Part shown: piece by piece, positions 50,731 to 64,000 of the stretch
Layout: the number at the start of each line of letters is the position of its first letter
How positions within the stretch are numbered: position 1 is the first letter of the stretch
NCBI RefSeq assembly: GCF_009914755.1
Contig: NC_060931.1
Source of the DNA: the human T2T-CHM13v2.0 reference genome, Homo sapiens
DNA: 64,000 nucleotides
Strand: one strand, 5' to 3'
Notes under the pieces: model-generated
Told to the model about the DNA's origin: nothing
Database searches by the model: none
The model's input: the letters and a program-made list of their open reading frames with translations, nothing else
Translations under genes and position numbers: made by a program

Positions 50731-52050
50731 TATCGTGATTTAGGGAACTCCTTTTTGGATTGAATTTAACTGGCAACCTCTGAGCTTTCTGTACCTGGAT
50801 ATTGCTAACTTTTTCCAGATTTAAGGAATTTTCAACCATGTTTTATATATGCTTTTGGGACTGGAACAGGATATGGACATTTTTCCAATGCATCACTCCA
50901 CAGATTACTACTCAGTTACAGAGGGTAAAAGACATATTAAAAATGAAGAGATCCAGTGTCAGTTACCTCAAATATACATTGACAAAACTGCATAAAAATG
51001 ACATTCCACATTCTTGCAATTGACCAGATACAATAGGAAATACACATCATCTGTGGTGTATATTTGCCAAGTAACTAACCTCTAATAGTATAGAAATTCT
51101 TGTTGTGGCTCATTTTACAACTAAGCTGACCTAGGCACTTCAAAAACTTATAATCATGAAAAACAGGAAATATAATAAGTGGGTGGAAGAGATGTATAAT
51201 TTAAAAGTAACTAAGGAGAACTGCTAACCTCATGAAATACGTGATCTTTGATTTTGTTCTAGAGGAAAAGTGAATCAAAACCAAGGGACATGCTGAGACA
51301 ACTGGAGAAATTTGAATGTGAAGTATGTACTAGATGACAATGCTATGTGAATGCTAATGTTTTGAGCGTAATAGTGACATTTGTGGTTATATAAGATAAT
51401 GCCAATTTTTTAGGAGACTCATTTTATTATTAAGGATAAAATGCTTCAGAAATTGAGGGCAAAATATATATAGAGAGATCAAGCAAAATCACAAAATGTA
51501 CAATCGGCACACAGATATACATTTTAATATTCTGATTGTTTCATTATTCTCTCACCTTTTCCATAGATGCTCAGTTTAAAAAAATTGAAGAAAAATATTA
51601 ACAGACCAAAATAAAATGTTGGTGTTATTTCAGAGTAATAATGTTGTTGGGTATTTCTTATATTCATTTTTAATATATTTGAAATACTATGTCATTACCA
51701 TAAAATAAATATATCAAATAAGGTATCTTTTAGTCTAGAGTATACTTTTTTAAATAGGAGACAGGCTATGATTTTTAAGAAAGTCCCAAAAGAAAACAAG
51801 AGAATTTGCAGTCTGAGGACAAAGCAGCTTGGTATCTCTGAGACCAGTGCAAAACTTAGCTAGTAATGCATGTCAAGAGGCCTTTTAGCAAATATACAGG
51901 ACTGTTTTCTCTGTATCAAGAGATTCTGAGTATTCTACAGTTTGGCTGAAAACTCAAGAACTTTCAAAGGTGACTGAATGTAAAGAGAAGAGTAGTGATT
52001 TTCCAAAGTTAGGGCTGGACAATATGTATTTGTTCAACAAAGAGGGAGGC

Positions 52051-52517
52051 TGTCTCAGTTTATCCTCTGCTGCTATAGCAGAATACCTGAGGCTGGGAAA
52101 ATGTATAAAGAAATTTATAAGGAAAAGGGCTTTATTTGGCTTGCAATTCTGGAGGCTGGAAAGACCAGTAGGGCATCAACATCTACTGAACTTCTTTTGA
52201 GGGCTTTGTGCTGTGTCACAACGTGGAAGAGAAGTGGGAGAAATGAGCAGGCCTGTGCAAGGAGAGCCAGGATGAGCAAGACCCTCACTTTATAACAGCC
52301 TGCTTTTATGGTAACTAATCCAGATGCTGGAGAGAGAGAACTGACTCCTGGCATTAATCTTTGATGAGGGATCTACTCCCATGACCCAAACAATTCCCAT
52401 AAGGCTCACACTACCCCAGAAAAATGTGAGCAATGTGCCTGTAGCAACACCACTACATTGACGAATAAGCTTCAACATGAATTTTGGTGGGAACACACCA
52501 TAACTAAACTATAGGAC
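52051..52517 (-). mobile_element. MST/MLT1A-type MaLR LTR
   Basis: tgtctcagtt...gctgctatagcagaatacctgaggctggg...ttcaacatgaattttggtggg; only its last ~40 bp survive in copy A (~25863-25900). Confidence 0.75.
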
Positions 52518-52676
52518 AGGCTCTAGCAAGACAGTAAGAACAGGTGGAACTGGGAAAAAATTTTCCCTGGTTTCTCACAAACACTGTCCTATATTAGCCC
52601 TGATTCTATTGAAGATAGTATAGAAGTCCCACCAGTATCTCTAAGCCATGGACCGAGGACCTAAGTCCAGTGACAC

Positions 52677-52695
52677 TGGCCATCAGAAGGCACTG
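52677..52695 (+). promoter_or_regulatory. CTCF-like motif upstream of relic R2b
   Basis: TGGCCATCAGAAGGCACTG. Confidence 0.58.
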
Positions 52696-53249
52696 GGGTT
52701 TGATGATGCTCAAATGTTTTTGAAACAGGGCTCAGTGCTGCCTGAGATGTTAAGTTTAAAGGAAAAGTGTGTATCCTAGTATCCAGTATCTTGTTTGCAG
52801 AAGTTGTGAGTAGTCAGTGAAATGTGAAATATTAAAAAAAAAAACCCTTTATCTTTCATTGGTGCTGGCATGTTCTGCTCAGCAGTAAAATCTGAACTGT
52901 AGCAAATCTTTTGAGTGGAGACTCTTCTGGGCTTGCATGGGAGGTAGATGGAGGAGGACCAGGAGCCAGCCTAAATGCTCAGAGACCCATGCAAAGGGAA
53001 AATGACTGGCTCCTCAGGAGAATTCAGAGAAATGTGAGCAATGCACCTGTACCTCACACCTTACCTATTCTAGTCGTGCTCTGGACAATGTATACGATGA
53101 TGTAAGGGAAATATAGGAGAGTGGACAATTCTAGTTTATGCCAGATAGGCTATTCCAAATTGCAGGTAGTAACTACAGATATTCTTAACAAAAACCGGAT
53201 TTCCCAGGGCTCTGGCCTTTTCTTCCCTGAGCAGCACAATGACCAGTTC

Positions 53250-53760
53250 CTGCCTTGACAAGAATTCTGTCATAGATTTCTCAGTTGCGCTGCCCAGGAA
53301 GCAGATGAGGCCTGGGAACAATGAGGAATGTCTTCCCTGGACTTGACATGCCTCACTTGCAAGCACACCACATGCAGGTCCTGTGGACTGATAGGCTTGA
53401 TAGACAGATAAGTCCTGTTTCCAGCTACCAGCCTCCATCCCCTGAATGCTGTTGTCACCCAGAACTGTAAACCTGGTCACAAAGATGGAGCAGGTAGTGG
53501 CCCCTTAATGTGAAGAAATTTTCCATTATGCAATTATTACCTGGTGCCTACATGAGTTGGACTCAAACCAGCAGATTTTTACCTCAGTAGTAAAGGATTT
53601 ATGACAGAAACGGATGGCTCTGGTAATTCTATACCCACAGGTATTCACCTGATAACCTTGACATGTGTCCCCTAGGTTTTGCAGGTTTGGTGGAATATCT
53701 CTGAGTGCACCTCACTGAACACATATATCCTCATTCCCACCTCCCTGGACGTGCATCTCC
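53250..53760 (+). pseudogene. Unnamed TRBV relic R2b (paralog of R2a)
   Basis: Leader-like end ggaagcag|ATGAGG (53305); AAT GCT GTT GTC ACC CAG AAC (NAVVTQN)...CTG GTC ACA AAG ATG GAG CAG GTA GTG GCC CCT TAA TGT GAA...ACC TGG; GAA TAT CTC TGA at the YLC position (~53693). Confidence 0.68.
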
Positions 53761-54577
53761 TTGTGTTATTGTCTTATGCCAACTCTGAGGAGCGCCATCC
53801 CCTAACTCCTTTTATTTCTTATTACTCAGGCAAGGAATAAAAGTGCGTTTGTGACTAATGTTGCCCCATTAGAAACAAAAAATAGATAATGACCACTACT
53901 GTTCAACTGTAATTTACACTAGAGGTATAGCTATAAGGTTATTTTTAGATTTCAGCAAGTCTCTTTGATTTTGCATTTCTTACAATATATACTGATATTT
54001 TCAGGGATAAGAGAATTCCCCACCTATCTTCGATAAAAATGAGAACTTACTTTCATTGCACTGGTGACCCAAAACTACAGGCAGAGCCATGATGAAGGCT
54101 TGGTACACAATGTATCATGAATGATAACAGTAAAGAGGAAACTGTTCATTGGCCTTCACTAAAAATGAACCCTTCCAACTCTGTGCCCAGGTTATTGTTT
54201 TATCCCTTTAGCTTACAGCGCGTCAGCTAATTCAACAAGCTTCTAGGATAAACTTGTGTCAATTACCCCAGCTTCTAAGTGCATAGGACCAGGAAGATAG
54301 AGAACCTAGTAAAAGAGAAACACCCAAAGAGAAGGATAATTGCTGATAAGACAAAGAGGTCACTAACTGATATCTCTGTTTCGAGTTGCCTTCAACTCGA
54401 AACATCCAGCAGAGGATGGGCCTAGAGATGGAGTAGGAGATCCAGTCCCCAAGCCCTAGAGATGTGAGTGAGGACACTTGGCTGAACTTACACAGTCTGT
54501 GAATACAGTAAAGCAACTTCGTGCTCTCTTTTAGCTTATAATAATTGGTTTCTAACAATGTAGGCATTTGTGGAGGC

Positions 54578-54587
54578 AATGATGTCA
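54578..54587 (+). promoter_or_regulatory. Vbeta promoter decamer of TRBV11-2
   Basis: AATGATGTCA. Confidence 0.78.
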
Positions 54588-54688
54588 CTGTGGGAACTGC
54601 CATGAGAGGACAGGGACGTCCCTCCTCCTCTGCTTTTGCTCACAGTGACCCTGATTGGGCAAAGCTCCCATCCTTCCCTGACCCTGCC

Positions 54689-55127
54689 ATGGGCACCAGG
54701 CTCCTCTGCTGGGCGGCCCTCTGTCTCCTGGGAGCAGGTGAGTCCTAGGAACACCATGATCACATTGGATCTCTCTGATTATTTCAATCATTTCCTTCTA
54801 TTTTCAAATTCTGTCTTTTTCCTTCTCAGAACTCACAGAAGCTGGAGTTGCCCAGTCTCCCAGATATAAGATTATAGAGAAAAGGCAGAGTGTGGCTTTT
54901 TGGTGCAATCCTATATCTGGCCATGCTACCCTTTACTGGTACCAGCAGATCCTGGGACAGGGCCCAAAGCTTCTGATTCAGTTTCAGAATAACGGTGTAG
55001 TGGATGATTCACAGTTGCCTAAGGATCGATTTTCTGCAGAGAGGCTCAAAGGAGTAGACTCCACTCTCAAGATCCAGCCTGCAAAGCTTGAGGACTCGGC
55101 CGTGTATCTCTGTGCCAGCAGCTTAGA
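54689..55127 (+). CDS. TRBV11-2: T cell receptor beta variable 11-2 (leader 54689-54737, V exon 54830-55127)
   Basis: [16 protein letters not shown] leader, GT 54738, AG 54828-54829. EAGVAQSPRYKIIEKRQSVAFWCNPISGHATLYWY...YLCASSL is open. Confidence 0.97.
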
Positions 55128-55166
55128 CACAGTGTAGCAGAGACACTTCCCTCCTGTGCAGAAAAC
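55128..55166 (+). other. 23-RSS of TRBV11-2
   Basis: cacagtg + 23 nt + gcagaaaac. Confidence 0.92.
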
Positions 55167-55276
55167 CAGAAAACCGCAGGACTCTCTCCTCTCTACTCAG
55201 CTCACAGCAGCCTTTCCTTATTCCTCATCCTCCCAAGGAAGAAGTGAGTTTTCAGATATAGCTAGGACTCATATAG

Positions 55277-55608
<332 letters not shown>

Positions 55609-56335
55609 GGAGATAAACTATTTCTTAAAACATGAAGGCTGCAGTTGTTATTTGAAAATATGTCTAAGGAATCTGAAACACCTATCGGTGAGAATTCAAG
55701 AAACCAAAACTGAAAGTGACTTATCACAGACTTAGTCTTCTGGGGTACTAATAGTTGTTCTTGTATTTAAAAAATGCATACAATATTTTATATCAATTAA
55801 AAAATACGTAAATTTGAAAAATAAAAACATGCAGTCAATAAACATGTGTGATAAACTTTAATAATACAGATAATGATTGTATGTGAGTAACAATCAGCAG
55901 GTTTTCTCTCTGCAGTTGTCAGCATATGAATAATTTGAATCCTATCCTTGGTGACACCCTGGCTCTGGAGCCTCCTCTAGACCTCTCATTGGATGTATTA
56001 TGCAACCAAATCTCAACAGGTACTATGTGTTTGGAAATCTTTTTCCCCTGTTTTTGCAGAAATATGCTAATAAGAGTAATGTTAAAGATGATGATGTTGA
56101 TAATTTCAACTATTTCATTCGGCACCCTTTAAATTTCAAAAAAATGCACACAAATGGATATCCTGGCAACGAGTCCAAAATCTTAGCTCAAAATGAATTC
56201 TGCTACTCCAGAGCTTTCTAACTCTTCCATGTAACAAACATATCCCAACATTATATGGGGCTGGGCCAGCTAGTTCAGAGACTGATGAGGACACTTTCAC
56301 TTGTCTGTCCTCATATATTAAAATAGCTCCTTAGT

Positions 56336-56688
56336 TGATATGGTTTGACTGTGTCCCCACCCAAATCTCAACTTGAATTGTACCTCCCAGAATTCCCACG
56401 TGTTGTGGGAGGGACCCGGGGGATATAATTGAACCATGGGGGCCAGTCTTTCCCATGCTATTCTCATGATAGTGAACAAGTCTCACGAGATCTCATGGGC
56501 TTATCAGGGGTTTCCACATTTGCTTCTTCCTCATTTTCTCTTGCCGCCACCATGTAAGATGTGCCTTTTGCTTCCTGCCATGATTCTGAGGCCTCCCCAG
56601 CCATGTGGAACTGTAAGTCCAACTAAACGTCTTTTTCTTCCCTGTCTTGGGTATGTCTTTATCAGCAGCATGAAAACAGACTAATACA
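56336..56688 (+). mobile_element. THE1 (MaLR) solo LTR
   Basis: tgatatggtttgactgtgtccccacccaaatctc...aaaacagactaataca; 5-bp TSD ttagt/tcagt; empty site in copy A ~29725. Confidence 0.93.
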
Positions 56689-58101
56689 TCAGTGCATTAG
56701 ATATTCCTGAAAGAACTTCAGAAGCAATTAACTGCCCCTGGTCCAGTTGCCTCCTCTGATAATGCATTGTGTGTGTCCAACTCTAGTCTCTACCCTATCT
56801 TCTGCCCAGACTGTCTTGTACTAGAAATTATTCTGAAGTATTGGTTAGAATGTTTGGAAATGCAGCTTCCTGGGAATCTTCTGAAGGACTGTCACTGTCC
56901 CTCAGCCCCTCCTGACTTCCCTTTCCATCCACCTGACTGCAGGTCCTAACTGATGGCCATGAACTCACTACACATCTCCCTTCCTTCCCTGCAATTTACT
57001 CAGCTAACAACACCTCAGCCAGGTGGTGGGTGACCATGACCATCCTCCTCTTCCTTGCCAGAATTTTCATTTGGTTCTTTTTCTGATCTATAAGGTCATC
57101 TTTTACAGTCAGTCATTCCCTCATAACCTTTTTTGAGTGTATCTTTTATTTCGTTGAGCATAGGACACTCAGTTATTTCAGTCTGTCTGCTTATTTTCAC
57201 CTCTGTGGTCTTTGTGGACATTTTTGTATGTGTGCTGCTTCTCAGTCATTTGTTTGTATTTTTCCTTTTAAACCTGATTATTTTTGACATCATGCCAGAC
57301 ACTATGGCTGTAGAAATAATTTCTGGTCTAGGATGGATATATCTTTCTCCAGAGATAATTTTATTGTGCTTTGTAAAGTGCATGGATGCATAAACAATCC
57401 AGGACTCCCTGGAACAGAATTAAAGGCTTGAGGTGTCCTGGAGACCCTGGAGGACAGGCTTCCTTCTAGTGCATTGATTCTATTCAAGTCCCTCAATGGT
57501 CACATTAAGTAAGTTATGGTCTTTGCCTTTACCCCTCTGGACTGTGAGTCAGCTTCCTTAGTGCTGGGCTGGGATCAGCAAATGCCCATAAGGGCAGTGA
57601 CTGCTGTGCTCACTCCCGAGGCCCCTGCCTTCTCCAAGATTCTGGCCCAGTTATTCCTCATCGTATCTTTAGGATATGAATTAGTTGCAGTTTGTTAGTG
57701 TGGTTATTTTACTCAAGTACATAAATAATAACAAAAGCATTAATCTGAGTTCCCTCTTCTGTAATTATACAGATTAAGGTCAAAACATTTTATCTGAAGT
57801 TTTAATTTTCTTTGAATTTTAACGTCAGATTCTTAGTCTGATTTGTTTGATATTTGACTTAAACAGCGTAGAGATGTTATACAGAAACTTTAATTTTAAG
57901 GAAAGAACTTTTTAAAAACTTGAAGTGGATTTATAATCAAATTGGGACCCTTACTTGGTTTTGAGGTTTTATCATTTGAGTATTTTTATGTTATTTATTA
58001 CATAATCTTTGATGCTTCACTGGATCATAAGACAAGATGAGAACAGAGAGTGAATATTTAGACTTGATCAGAGAGCACAAAGTGAACATGGAATTAGTTT
58101 C

Positions 58102-58483
58102 TGTTGATGAACAGTCCAACTATGTAAAATATTTAAAGACATTTATTCTGAGCCAAATATGAGTGACCATGGCCTGTGAAACAGCCTTCTGGAGGTACTG
58201 AGATCAGTGCCCAAGGTGGTCAGGGTGCAGCTTGGTTTTCTACATTTTAGGGAGACATGAGACTTGAGACTTCAATCAAACACAATTAAGAGATACATTG
58301 TTTTTGGCCAGAAAGGCAGACACCTGGAGGCAGGAGTGGGGAGAGGTTCCAGCTTAAAGGTAGATATAAAATTTTTCTGGTTGACAATTGGTTGTCTCTC
58401 AGGTTAAATTTTAAAAGAGCCCTGGCTGGGTAGGAAGTCCATTCAGATTATTGGGGGCCTTTTAATTTTATTTGTGGTTTACA
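58102..58483 (-). mobile_element. MER4-family LTR (ERV1)
   Basis: Reverse complement starts tgtaaaccacaaataaaatt; contains tttattctgagccaaatatgagtgaccatggcc; TSD tttc/cttc; absent from copy A. Confidence 0.82.
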
Positions 58484-59165
58484 CTTCATTTCTGCATTGT
58501 TGTGATCCATTTGTGCCATGTTTTTTGAGTACACCTGAGGGCCAGGGGTCAGAACTAGAGGGAGTCACAGATGTGTGACTATCATCTTTTCCTACTTAAG
58601 CCCAGGCTTCTGGGAAAACACTTTGCTCCACATTTTCCATTTGAGGGAACTTGCCTAAAGCAATGCTCCAGTTTTATTCTTTCTATTGCTTGCCAAATCT
58701 TCCCTATGGGAAGGGAAATAAGTTATTTTATTTAGTCTCCTCTTCATCTGAGGTTCCTCTCTCTTCATTCTCTCCCTTTCATCCTGGCTACTGGGAATAA
58801 AAGCAGATTCTTTTGGTGCTTTTTTAAATGCACTAAGATCAGTGGGAAACTTTCTTTTCCTTATAGGGATGGCCTGTAATTTGGAGGGGAGAGAGAATGG
58901 ATTAAATTCTGATTCAAGACAGTGTTGGTCGGTCTTTTTGCCCTCCCATCTGAGCCGGGTTGTTTATGGATATTAAAACTGATATTATGTCTCCATCTGT
59001 CAGACTGTAATGTCCATCTCTCAGGTGGTTCCATCTTAGGTCATAATGTTGTTTTATGACCCTCCAACACCACAAATTATGGTATCTCGTTTCCCCATGG
59101 CTCAATAAAGGGAAGTGCAAGTCCTTGGTCTTGACAAAGAGCACATTTGTGCTGTTCCTGCCTAC

Positions 59166-59184
59166 TGGCCACCAGGAGGCACTG
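59166..59184 (+). promoter_or_regulatory. CTCF-like motif upstream of relic R3b
   Basis: TGGCCACCAGGAGGCACTG (near consensus) with upstream TGCTGTTCC. Confidence 0.7.
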
Positions 59185-59769
59185 TGGCTTCACTGTCATC
59201 CAAAGTCTATGGGGGAGGGGCTGGGATTGCTCCCTGGAGGATCCTTAATGAAAACCCTGGAGTTGGACCTAGAGTCAGGGAGCTGGGTTGGAGGTACCTG
59301 CAATGAAGGCTGAAAATAAAGGGATTAGAGACCAACCCTTTTGCCTCTTGATGCGGAGATGGGTTTTGCTGTAAATTGAGATTTGAATAGGGCTCTGAGT
59401 GGCAGATGGGCTTGCAAGTGGATGTAGGTCTGAGCTCACTGAAGACGTGGAGGCACAAGGAGCTGGGGTGGTGCGGCGCCGTGTTCTGGGCTGGGGAAAG
59501 CAGAAAAGCAGTGTTTGTGTCACAGGAGCCTTGTAGAGCCTGGCCCCAAGCCGGCCGAGGCTAGCCCTACCTGTTCCGTCGAACGTAGAGGGAAGAACAG
59601 GTAGAAATGGAGGCGCTACCCTGGACCATGTCAGGGGGAGCCTGTCCTCAGGCAGCTTCAATCACAATGATGTACCAGCAGCATATACACTTATTAGCAA
59701 GGCTTAGGGTGGAGTAGGACAGAATTTTCTCCCCCAAGAACCTTTGCTCAGGGCGGGAAAATGCTGCAG

Positions 59770-60703
59770 TCTAGTTCTAACTCTATTACTCCAGATGCCT
59801 CTGTGTCCCTGGAAGAAGGTGGGGTCTGGGCATATAAAAGTTTTGTTTGTTTTGCCTGGGTTGATTTCGTTTTTCCATGTGATCGTGCATCTGACTCTAC
59901 CAGTATTTTGTATCCGGCTTCTGCCTCTCTCTCTCATGAGTCCCATGGCTACTATAAGGTATTCAATTTCTATTGCTGCTGTAACGAATTACCACTAACT
60001 TGGTGGCTTACAACCACACAAGTATTACCTTACAGTTCTGGAGGTCAGAAGTCCAAAATGGATGTTACTGGGCTAAAATCCAAGCGTTGGCAGGGCTGCA
60101 TTCCTTCCTGAGGCTCTAGGGAAGAACTGTTTTTCTCTCCTTTTCAGCTTCTAGAGGCCACCAGTGCTCCTTGGCTCATGGCCCCATTCAATCTTCAAAG
60201 CCAGCAAGGACTGGCTGAGACTTTGCTCACTCTGCATACTCTGATGCTCACTTTTCATCCTCCCTCTTCCACATTTTAGGACCATTGTGATTACATTGGG
60301 CCCCTATATTAAGGTCAGCTGATTGGCAAGCTCACTTCACTTGGAACATTAATTCCCCTTTATCAGGTAATTTAACACATTCCAGGGATTAGGCCTGGGC
60401 ATGGTTGAAGGGGCATTGTTCTGACTACCAAACCTAGGCACCTGGTAATAGGGAGGAAAACGTGTTGGTCACCTTAAAAACTGATTGATGACTACCGTTT
60501 TACATTCTGGATCTAACACACACAACAAAGGGATGGAACCCACAAGGAAACAGACACCTCAGGTCACACAAGCTCATCTGTAAACTATTTGCTCCTTAGG
60601 ATGGGCAAGTCCCCTGGGGCGCAGGGGACTCAGCTGTATGCCTCTGTGCCAACAGCGAAAATGTGGCCTTAAACTGCTCCTTCTTCTTTGTTAGCAAATA
60701 ACC
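59770..60703 (+). pseudogene. Unnamed TRBV relic R3b (paralog of R3a), split by MLT1
   Basis: ccctggaagaag|GTGGGGtctgggca (59819); aacctaggcacctggta (PRHLV) after the MLT1; GDSAVCLCANS at 60624-60656. Confidence 0.68.
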
Positions 60704-61399
60704 TAGTTGACCAATTCATAGAGCAGAGGTTCTCTCAGTTCTCTATACTCTACACCCCGAGAGGAAGTCAGTTAGTGAGATGTAAGATTCTTTTATAAGA
60801 AAAAGACCAGGTGTAAAGATTAAGAAATGCTGAGCTTTGCTAGAGGTAAGAATAAGATGTAAATCAACTCTGGAACATTTAATTTCCAAATCTTTGTGAG
60901 AAAGACAATCTTGTTTCTGATTTATTGTGTGGATAGAGAATGTGAGAGATTCTGTGCTCTGGGCTTTGCAAACTCAATAGAGTTCAAGGATCAATAAACT
61001 CGGAGAGACCCTTCACTGCAAAGAAGAGCTTTGAAATCTAATGAGCTTTCGGGACACTGATTCAGCTCCTGTATCTTTAACAACGCGGTTGACATGCTTG
61101 CTCTTCCTGGGTAACTCAGATGCTAACTTCTAACTCATTTAAAGGCATTTGAAGAACTAGGAGCACAGAGTCACCAGTGAGAGGAAGAGGAGAGTTTGCA
61201 GAGAAGCTGGCTTGCAATAAGGCAATGAGTTCATCTTTAAATACTTGGAGTTTGAGGTGCAGATGGATATAGTTGGCAGGCTCCTAGGTAAGGCATGTTA
61301 TGGAGAAGGTGCTATGAATTGATAATATCAAAGCAAATCTACAGGGATCCTCTGCAAGTGTGCATCTGTATCTCAGATCAATTATAGTTGACTTCAGTC

Positions 61400-61457
61400 C
61401 TGCCTGATTCATCTCCCAAAAATGTAGTCTGCCTGATTCATCTCCCAAAAATGTAGC
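61400..61457 (+). repeat. 29-bp tandem duplication in TRBV12-2 promoter
   Basis: ctgcctgattcatctcccaaaaatgtag(t/c) x2; single copy upstream of TRBV12-1. Confidence 0.95.
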
Positions 61458-61615
61458 CTCCGCTTAAAGGAGCTTTCAAGTTGGGGGTGGTGGGCCATTC
61501 AGTGTTGTCACTAACAGATGCATCTTGTGGGGGTAAAATGTCCCAAAGTATCTTTTCTTGCTTATGTTCATAAGGGCGCTGGTCTGGAATGTGCCACATC
61601 TGTTCTCACTCTGCC

Positions 61616-62058
61616 ATGGACTCCTGGACCCTCTGTGTGTCCCTTTGTATCCTGGTAGCGAGTGAGTCCTCATGTATTTATCATCCTCATGCTGGGCCTC
61701 TGTATAGATGACTTCCTGTATTTTCCTTATTCTGTTTCCTAATTTTGCGTTCTTTTATAGCATGCACAGATGCTGGCATTATCCAGTCACCCAAGCATGA
61801 GGTGACAGAAATGGGACAAACAGTGACTCTGAGATGTGAGCCAATTTTTGGCCACAATTTCCTTTTCTGGTACAGAGATACCTTCGTGCAGGGACTGGAA
61901 TTGCTGAGTTACTTCCGGAGCTGATCTATTATAGATAATGCAGGTATGCCCACAGAGCGATTCTCAGCTGAGAGGCCTGATGGATCATTCTCTACTCTGA
62001 AGATCCAGCCTGCAGAGCAGGGGGACTCGGCCGTGTATGTCTGTGCAAGTCGCTTAGC
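61616..62058 (+). pseudogene. TRBV12-2: T cell receptor beta variable 12-2 pseudogene (leader 61616-61661, V exon 61761-62058)
   Basis: MDSWTLCVSLCILVA leader; [35 protein letters not shown]...; in-frame TGA at 61922-61924; ends YVCASRL. Confidence 0.94.
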
Positions 62059-62097
62059 CACAGCGCTGCAGAATCTCCCCCTCCCTGTGCAGAAACT
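62059..62097 (+). other. 23-RSS of TRBV12-2
   Basis: cacagcg + 23 nt + gcagaaact. Confidence 0.9.
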
Positions 62098-62798
62098 CTG
62101 GTGCTTCCTCTTTTCCTCACAGCTCCCAGCAGTCCTGAGCAAAGTCTTTCCTGCCTCACCCTCCCCACAAGAATAATTAAGTGGGTTTGGGGCATGGCAA
62201 AGACATAAGATGATACAATATCAACATACAAAATCTTGTGTAGGAGATAATGTCGAAAATGCATTTTGCAAATTTCTCACAAATTGTGTATGGGGTCATA
62301 ACTCACACACAGGTAGGATAAACCTTAATTACCCACACCGTAGGTTTCCCTGCCTTCCTGTATTTGACACTCCCATCCAAACAGTGGGAGCTCTTGAGAA
62401 TGGCTATGTCTTGTGAACTACTCTGCCCACTTCATTCCCTTCTCACTCTAAGCCATGAACAGAAATTTCCCCTACAAGTACTCTTTATTGTAAATGAAAG
62501 TTCTTTTCTATGATTGTGGACATTCCTTTATAATGCTAATTTCAATTTACCATTTATATACGGATTTTTACATTAAACTTAAAGAGATCTTCAGTGTGGA
62601 TAATACAGGCAGTTTAATACATTAGAAGTAAGCTACCCCTCTTGGCCTACAGGGATCCATTTGTTTCTATCTTGCATAAAGCAAGCCAGGTGCTAGCTAA
62701 AGGTCTGTGTGCACTCACAGGACACTGATGAGATCTCCTCCACTGCCTGTTCTGGAACTATCAATATGAATATACACAGGGTGTCTAAAAGCACACAG

Positions 62799-63086
62799 GG
62801 CCTGGTGTGGTGGCTCATGCCTGTAATCTCAGCACTTTGGGAGGCTGAGGCGGGAGGAATGCTTGAGGTGGGGAGTTCAAGACTAGGCTGGGAAACAGTG
62901 AGATTTTGTCTCTAAAATATATATATATTTTAAAAATTAGCCTGGTATGGCAGTCTTAGCTACTCAGGAGGCTGAGTTGAGAGGGTTGCTTGAGCCCTGA
63001 AGTTCGAGGCTGGAGTGAGCCATGATCATCGCAACAGAGTAAGACCCCAAATCACACACAAAAAATAAATAAATAAAGTTAAAAAA
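62799..63086 (+). mobile_element. Old Alu (AluJ-like)
   Basis: Diverged Alu with gcttgagccc..agttcgaggctg.agtgagccatgatc (J-type); empty site aaaagcacacaggcctggcc in copy A (~37385). Confidence 0.88.
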
Positions 63087-64000
63087 CATACACAGGCCTG
63101 GCCAGTCTTACTTGGCCCTCTTTCCTCCCTGATGCTGTGTCCTGAACAGCCAAATCTGTATTTTTTTTCTTCTGGTTTATGATACACATTTCTACACAGC
63201 ACTTGCAATTTATTATGAAGAGTTATAATGTCTTTCTTCTATAGTAGTATTTACATACTGATGATTTCTCAACCCCTATCAGTGTATCATCGGCAATTGT
63301 TGCAAAATGTGCCTGTATTTTGCATGCCCAAGACAATTTGGGTTTACCCGAGTTCTTCGATAGAGGCCCTGGTTTCGCTTGTCACTGTCCTATTTTTGTT
63401 ATTCAAAGACTGAGACTTTCAAGATCAGAATGATGCAGAATGAAATTCGGGGTATCCTTTAATGTACATCGAGAGACCTACTCTGTGTTTATATATTGTT
63501 TTGGTGTCTTCCTTGCTCTTTGGGCTTCTCTCTGTTGCCTCCAGATCATTTTCCTTCCTCCTTTGAAGCCCAGCTCCTTTACACACATGACATTAGAACA
63601 GCACCCTTCTTTGCTGCACTTGCTTCTTTCCCTTCAGAACTCTCTTCTCATTCAGTCCTTCTGTCTGCTACTAATCTTGTCATCATTCCTAATGGCTACT
63701 CATCACACAGACCATTTTTCATTGGTTTTGCTTCTCACTTTCTTGACTTCCTCACTTTTGACATTTTATCCATTAATCCTAACATTGTATATCTGACAAG
63801 GAAGATATTAAAAATCACATGTTTTGAATCAGTGAATCAATAAACAGGTTTAAAGAGACAAATGCAAAACAAAATTGTCCAGAGCTGCTGTTCTGGGCTG
63901 GACTACAGATAGATCATGTAAGAAATAATAAAATCATCTGGTAATTTCAATTTATCTTTAGAATCTTTGGACAGAACAGCTCCAGGGGAGTCAAGGGATC

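Overview
Human T-cell receptor beta (TRB) locus, V-gene region, in unrearranged germline configuration with every V segment on the + strand. Eleven named segments are recognisable by leader exon, short intron, V exon and 23-RSS, in the order TRBV6-4, 7-3, 8-2(P), 5-3(ORF), 9, 10-1, 11-1, 12-1(P), 10-2, 11-2, 12-2(P). TRBV7-3 here has a Cys104->Arg change. About 52 kb of the window is a two-copy tandem duplication, [V9-relic-V10-relic-V11-relic-V12] x2. The second copy has lost its TRBV9 equivalent, and the copies differ by many Alu, L1 and LTR insertions. Reading between the named genes shows seven heavily decayed V-gene relics with leader, V and RSS remnants. A set of co-oriented CTCF-like motifs sits about 560-620 bp upstream of V leader positions, mostly in front of dead or deleted genes. 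I see no new protein-coding system; the most interesting signal is this apparent regulatory scaffold outliving its genes. Allele and repeat-subfamily names come from memory of the families and need database confirmation.
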